Source: Acidimicrobiia bacterium
Lineage (GTDB): Bacteria; Actinomycetota; Acidimicrobiia; Spongiisociales; JAOTWH01
Direction of reading: 5' to 3'
DNA length: 64,000 bases
NCBI GenBank assembly: GCA_041619955.1
Contig: JBFKDA010000001.1
Coordinates: 7,307 to 71,306, forward strand
Within the stretch, counting starts at the first letter, position 1, and each line of letters opens with the position of its first letter. Positions 60,609-64,000 of this stretch are shown here, one piece after another. The notes beneath the pieces were generated by a model. It did not search any database. It was not told where the DNA came from and saw nothing but the letters and a program-made list of their open reading frames with translations. Made by a program: the position numbers and the translations under genes.

Positions 60609-61394
60609 TCAGGCCGAGGCCATCACCAGGGCGGCGGCCTGGCCTTCCGCGCATTCGTCGACCTGCGGGCAGTAGCGGCACCACGGCCCGCCCACGCGCA
60701 GGGCGTCCCGGCCGGCCGACCAGGCTTCCCGCAGCGCCGTCACCATGCCGGCGACCGCATCGGCGGTGGCGGCGACCTCGGGGAGCGTCGGAGCCGCCTC
60801 GCGGCGCTCCCCGGTCTGCACGCTCACCGCTTCGACCCGCCCCGGAAGCTCGCCGCGCTCCAGCGCCCACAACAGCGCGTAGAAGCCCAGTTGGTGGACC
60901 GCAGCCTCCGGTACCCGGCCCGTCTTCCAGTCGACCAGGCAGGAGGTCCCGTCGTCGTCGAACACGGCGTCGACGGCACCTCGCAGCGTCACGCCGGGGG
61001 CCGGCTGCGCCTCCAGCGCCACCTCGGCGGCCACGAACCCCGAGAACGCCTGCGCCTTGAACCGGTCGTACAGGTCGCCGACCTCCCGGATGAGGCCGGC
61101 CAGCGCGCTGGGCCGCAGGCCGAGGGACGCCAGCTTCGGGTTCATGCCCGCCCCGATCTCCTCCCGGCAGGCCTGCTGCACTGCACCGGCCTCGATGGGC
61201 CCGTCACGCAGGTGCCTGGCGAAGATGCGGTGGCTGAGCCCGCCCACGAACGAGCGCGCGGTGTCGGGCCCGTACTCCCCGCGCAGGCGGCCCGCCGCCT
61301 GTTCGGGACACTGGCGGTAGACCAGGTACGTGGAGGCGGATACGACCACGTCGGGCCCGGCCGGGACGGCTGGGAAGGCGATCACACCGGCCAT
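60609..61394 (-). CDS. Cas4/RecB-like PD-(D/E)XK nuclease with Cys cluster (second copy in window)
   Basis: YRQCPEQ (first Cys), CLVDWKTG nuclease motif, C-terminal CRYCPQVDEC (C-x2-C-x5-C). Confidence 0.8.
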   Translation of the reverse strand: MAGVIAFPAVPAGPDVVVSASTYLVYRQCPEQAAGRLRGEYGPDTARSFVGGLSHRIFARHLRDGPIEAGAVQQACREEIGAGMNPKLASLGLRPSALAGLIREVGDLYDRFKAQAFSGFVAAEVALEAQPAPGVTLRGAVDAVFDDDGTSCLVDWKTGRVPEAAVHQLGFYALLWALERGELPGRVEAVSVQTGERREAAPTLPEVAATADAVAGMVTALREAWSAGRDALRVGGPWCRYCPQVDECAEGQAAALVMASA

Positions 61395-61494
61395 CGTACG
61401 AGGCGCCACCCGGGTTCCCTGGCAATGCGGGCCAACTTCCGGCCGCCCACTACAATCCCGGCGGAACCGGTCCCACCACCCCACCCTCTCCCCC

Positions 61495-63630
61495 ATGGCC
61501 CCCAGGCTACGCAACGCGCTCATATGGGCTGCCGCGGTGCCCGTCGCTCTCCTCCTCGTGACGATCGCCGTGTTCGCCGCCGACCGCTTCGCCCATCGCG
61601 GCGAGGTGCTGCGCAACGTGTCCGTGAACGGCGTCTCGCTCGCCGGGATGGACGCCGACCGGGTCACGGTGGCCATCCAGACGATGGAGGCCGAGCTGGC
61701 CGCCGAGCCGGCCCTGTTCAGCGTCGACGACACCGAGTTCCTGCTGCTCCCGTCCGAGGTCGGCTTCGACGTCGACGAGCGGGCGGTGGTGGACGCGGCG
61801 CTCGAGGCCGGCCGCGACGGCGGGCTGCCGTCGCAGTTCGGCTGGTGGTTCGCGCGGCTACGCGGCGCGGAGGTCGAGCTGACGCTGCCGACCGCCGTCG
61901 ACCCGGCCGCCGTCGAGACCGTGGTCGACGGGTGGGAGGAGGTGGCGGTCGACGCGCGGGTGTCCGAAGGAGGCGTCGAGATCGTGGACGGGGCGCCGGT
62001 GCCGGTGTACCCCGAGCCGGGCCGCGCCATCGACCGCGAGGTCGCCGAGGAAATCGTCGCCGTGACGATGGCGTCCCTGGAGCGCAGCCGGGTGGAGGTG
62101 CCGGTGATACAGGTGGTGCCCACCGTCACCGCGGCCGACGTCGACGCCGCGGTCGAGGAGGCGAAGCTGATCCTCGGCGGGGCGGTGACGCTGCGCGAGC
62201 AGAGCCCGCAGGTGGAGGTGACGTTCACACCGGAGCAGCTCGCCACCGCGTTTCGAAGCGAGGTGGCGGTCAACTCGCCGGTCCGCATCGACCTGTTCTT
62301 CGATGTCGACGCCGTCGCGGCGCTGCTGGACCCGCTGCGGCCGGAGCTGGAGCTGCCTCCGAAGGACGCCGAGTTCCGGGTGAACGCCGACGACACCGTC
62401 ACGCTGCTGCCGGGCCATCCCGGCACGATCATCGACACCGAGGCGGTCGCCGCCGAGCTGTTCGAGGCCGCCAAGGCCTTCAACCGCACGGGCGGGTTCC
62501 CGTTCCAGGAGGGCGTCGATCCCGAGTTCACCACCGCCGAGGCCGAGGCGATGATGCCGATCACACTGGTGTCGTCGTTCACCACCAAGCACCGCACCGG
62601 CGAGCCGCGGGTCATCAACATCCAGCGATTCGCCGACATCGTCGACGGCACGGTCGTCTGGCCCGGCCAGATCCTGTCGCTCAACGAACTGGTCGGCCGG
62701 CGGACGCCCGACAAGGGCTTCGTGCCGGCCCCGATGATCGAACAGGGCGAGCTCGTCGACGACGTCGGCGGCGGGGTGAGCCAATTCGCCACCACGTTCT
62801 ACAACGCCGTGTTCTTCGGCGGCTACGAGGACATCGAGCACAAGCCGCACAGCATCTACATCAGCCGCTACCCGGAGGGCAGGGAGGCGACGATCTCGTT
62901 CCCCCAGCCCGACCTGAAGTTCCGCAACAACACCGACGCGGTGGTCATCATCAAGACGGCGTACACGGCCGATTCGATCACCGTGAAGTTCTTCGGGAAC
63001 AACGGCGGGATCGAGGTGGAGGCCGGGCTGTCGGAGCGCTCGAACTTCACTGAGGCGCGGGAGCGGGTCGAGGCCGACCCGTCGGTGAGACCTGGGCAGG
63101 AGAAGGTGCTCCAGAGCGGCTCGGGCGGCTGGACGGTGACCGTCACCCGGACGATCCGCTACCCGGACGGGCGGGAGCCCACGGTGGAGCGCTGGCCGGT
63201 GCGCTACCTGGGCGCGGCGCGCATCGTCGCCAAGAACCCCTGCGACCTGCCGGGCGGCGGCGACTGCGGCGAGCAGATCCCGCCGCTGGGCGGCCTGAGC
63301 GCCGCCGAGGCGCAGGCCCGCGTGCAGGCAGCCGGCTTCGTCTACGCGCTCGGCGCGCCGGTGGAGGTGACGGTGGAGTCCGGCCTGGCGGGGCTGGTGG
63401 CGCAGCACACCAGCGGCATCGCCCCGCTCGGCAGCACGGTGACCGTGCGCCTCGGTGTCCTGCCGGCGGGCGCCACGACCACCACCACGACCACCGTGCC
63501 TCCGTCGACGTCCAGCACCAGCTCCACGACGACGACCAGCACCACGACGACGACCCTGCCCCCGCCCCCGTCTTCGACCACCACGTCGTCGACCACCACG
63601 ACGACGACAACGACGACGACGACGCCTTAG
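61495..63630 (+). CDS. VanW-domain protein with PASTA-like domain and C-terminal Thr/Ser-rich tail
   Basis: N-terminal TM anchor. VanW-like core (ILSLNELVG, FPFQEG region). TACAAT -10 about 40 bp upstream. The last ~50 aa are TTTTTTVPPSTSSTSSTTTTSTTTTTLPPPPSSTTTSSTTTTTTTTTTTP. Confidence 0.85.
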   Translation: MAPRLRNALIWAAAVPVALLLVTIAVFAADRFAHRGEVLRNVSVNGVSLAGMDADRVTVAIQTMEAELAAEPALFSVDDTEFLLLPSEVGFDVDERAVVDAALEAGRDGGLPSQFGWWFARLRGAEVELTLPTAVDPAAVETVVDGWEEVAVDARVSEGGVEIVDGAPVPVYPEPGRAIDREVAEEIVAVTMASLERSRVEVPVIQVVPTVTAADVDAAVEEAKLILGGAVTLREQSPQVEVTFTPEQLATAFRSEVAVNSPVRIDLFFDVDAVAALLDPLRPELELPPKDAEFRVNADDTVTLLPGHPGTIIDTEAVAAELFEAAKAFNRTGGFPFQEGVDPEFTTAEAEAMMPITLVSSFTTKHRTGEPRVINIQRFADIVDGTVVWPGQILSLNELVGRRTPDKGFVPAPMIEQGELVDDVGGGVSQFATTFYNAVFFGGYEDIEHKPHSIYISRYPEGREATISFPQPDLKFRNNTDAVVIIKTAYTADSITVKFFGNNGGIEVEAGLSERSNFTEARERVEADPSVRPGQEKVLQSGSGGWTVTVTRTIRYPDGREPTVERWPVRYLGAARIVAKNPCDLPGGGDCGEQIPPLGGLSAAEAQARVQAAGFVYALGAPVEVTVESGLAGLVAQHTSGIAPLGSTVTVRLGVLPAGATTTTTTTVPPSTSSTSSTTTTSTTTTTLPPPPSSTTTSSTTTTTTTTTTTP

Positions 63631-63636
63631 CTCCTG

Positions 63637-63945
63637 CTACTCGTCGGGGTAGAACCGGAAGAAGCCCGCGATGACGTCGGCGGCGGCCTGCACGGACGGA
63701 TCGTCCCACCCGCCGCTCCTCCGCACGGTGACGACGTTCGACTGCACGAATACGTGATCGATCGACGCGTCGACGGCGAGCAGACGGTCGGCGAGCTGCC
63801 CGGGGAAATCGCCGGCATCAGCCGGAGATCCCTCCGCTTCCGGCTTTCCGGAAGCGGAGCCATCCTGGCCGGTGATGGTGCGGTTGGTGTCGAAGATCGC
63901 GACGTCGCCGACGACCTGCGGCGAGACGGTGATCTGCTGACCCAC
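63637..63945 (-). CDS. Nfu/NifU N-terminal-domain-like small protein
   Basis: 102 aa. HVFVQSNVVTV (like the NifU_N FITV motif). Follows the VanW gene convergently. Confidence 0.6.
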   Translation of the reverse strand: MGQQITVSPQVVGDVAIFDTNRTITGQDGSASGKPEAEGSPADAGDFPGQLADRLLAVDASIDHVFVQSNVVTVRRSGGWDDPSVQAAADVIAGFFRFYPDE

Positions 63946-64000
63946 GGGGCATGCTCCTCTGTCCGGTCCGGCTCGTACCGGCGGGACTCTACCGGCTGCC

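Overview
This is a very GC-rich (~72%) stretch of what looks like an actinobacterial chromosome (Acidimicrobiia or a related class). I found no rRNA, tRNA, CRISPR array, integrase or transposase. About 58 credible CDS could be separated from the many Arg/Ala/Pro-rich antisense ORFs that high GC produces. I used clean amino-acid composition, recognisable family motifs, RBS or leaderless promoter signals, and 4-bp ATGA/GTGA translational-coupling overlaps. All family and domain calls rest on motif recognition by eye, not on database searches.

The dominant theme is DNA-end processing:
- A Cas4/RecB-like PD-(D/E)XK nuclease with an Fe-S cysteine cluster (7969-8772). It sits behind what looks like a PafBC/RecA-NDp-type damage-inducible leaderless promoter.
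- An adnA-adnB-like helicase-nuclease pair (10666-16871).
- An archaeal-style co-directional NurA-like / HerA-like / SbcD / SbcC block (35421 down to 28927, minus strand). The HerA-like ATPase has a non-canonical Walker A.
- An RmuC-like coiled-coil PD-(D/E)XK protein, a second Cas4-like nuclease, and a secreted thermonuclease with a lamin-tail domain.

Other modules:
- Two tandem TrkA-N/TrkA-C/USP paralogs upstream of a cation:proton antiporter and an LLM-family oxidoreductase.
- A translationally coupled pair of dynamin/IniA-like GTPases followed by a MscS channel.
- A phosphoribosyltransferase plus ADP-ribosylglycohydrolase pair.
- A PIG-L deacetylase plus patatin phospholipase pair.
- A BNR-propeller protein coupled by ATGA overlap to a MoaD/ThiS-like sulfur-carrier protein ending in GlyGly.
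- A DUF1800-DUF1501 pair.
- Housekeeping genes: gdhA, ychF, dtd, plsY, pruA, an acyl-CoA synthetase and a CoA transferase.

The most unusual non-coding feature is a 1.3-kb ORF-free, repeat- and hairpin-dense divergent intergenic region (6650-7968). Its internal structure suggests segmental duplication. Smaller tandem repeats lie in three other intergenic or gene-end positions.
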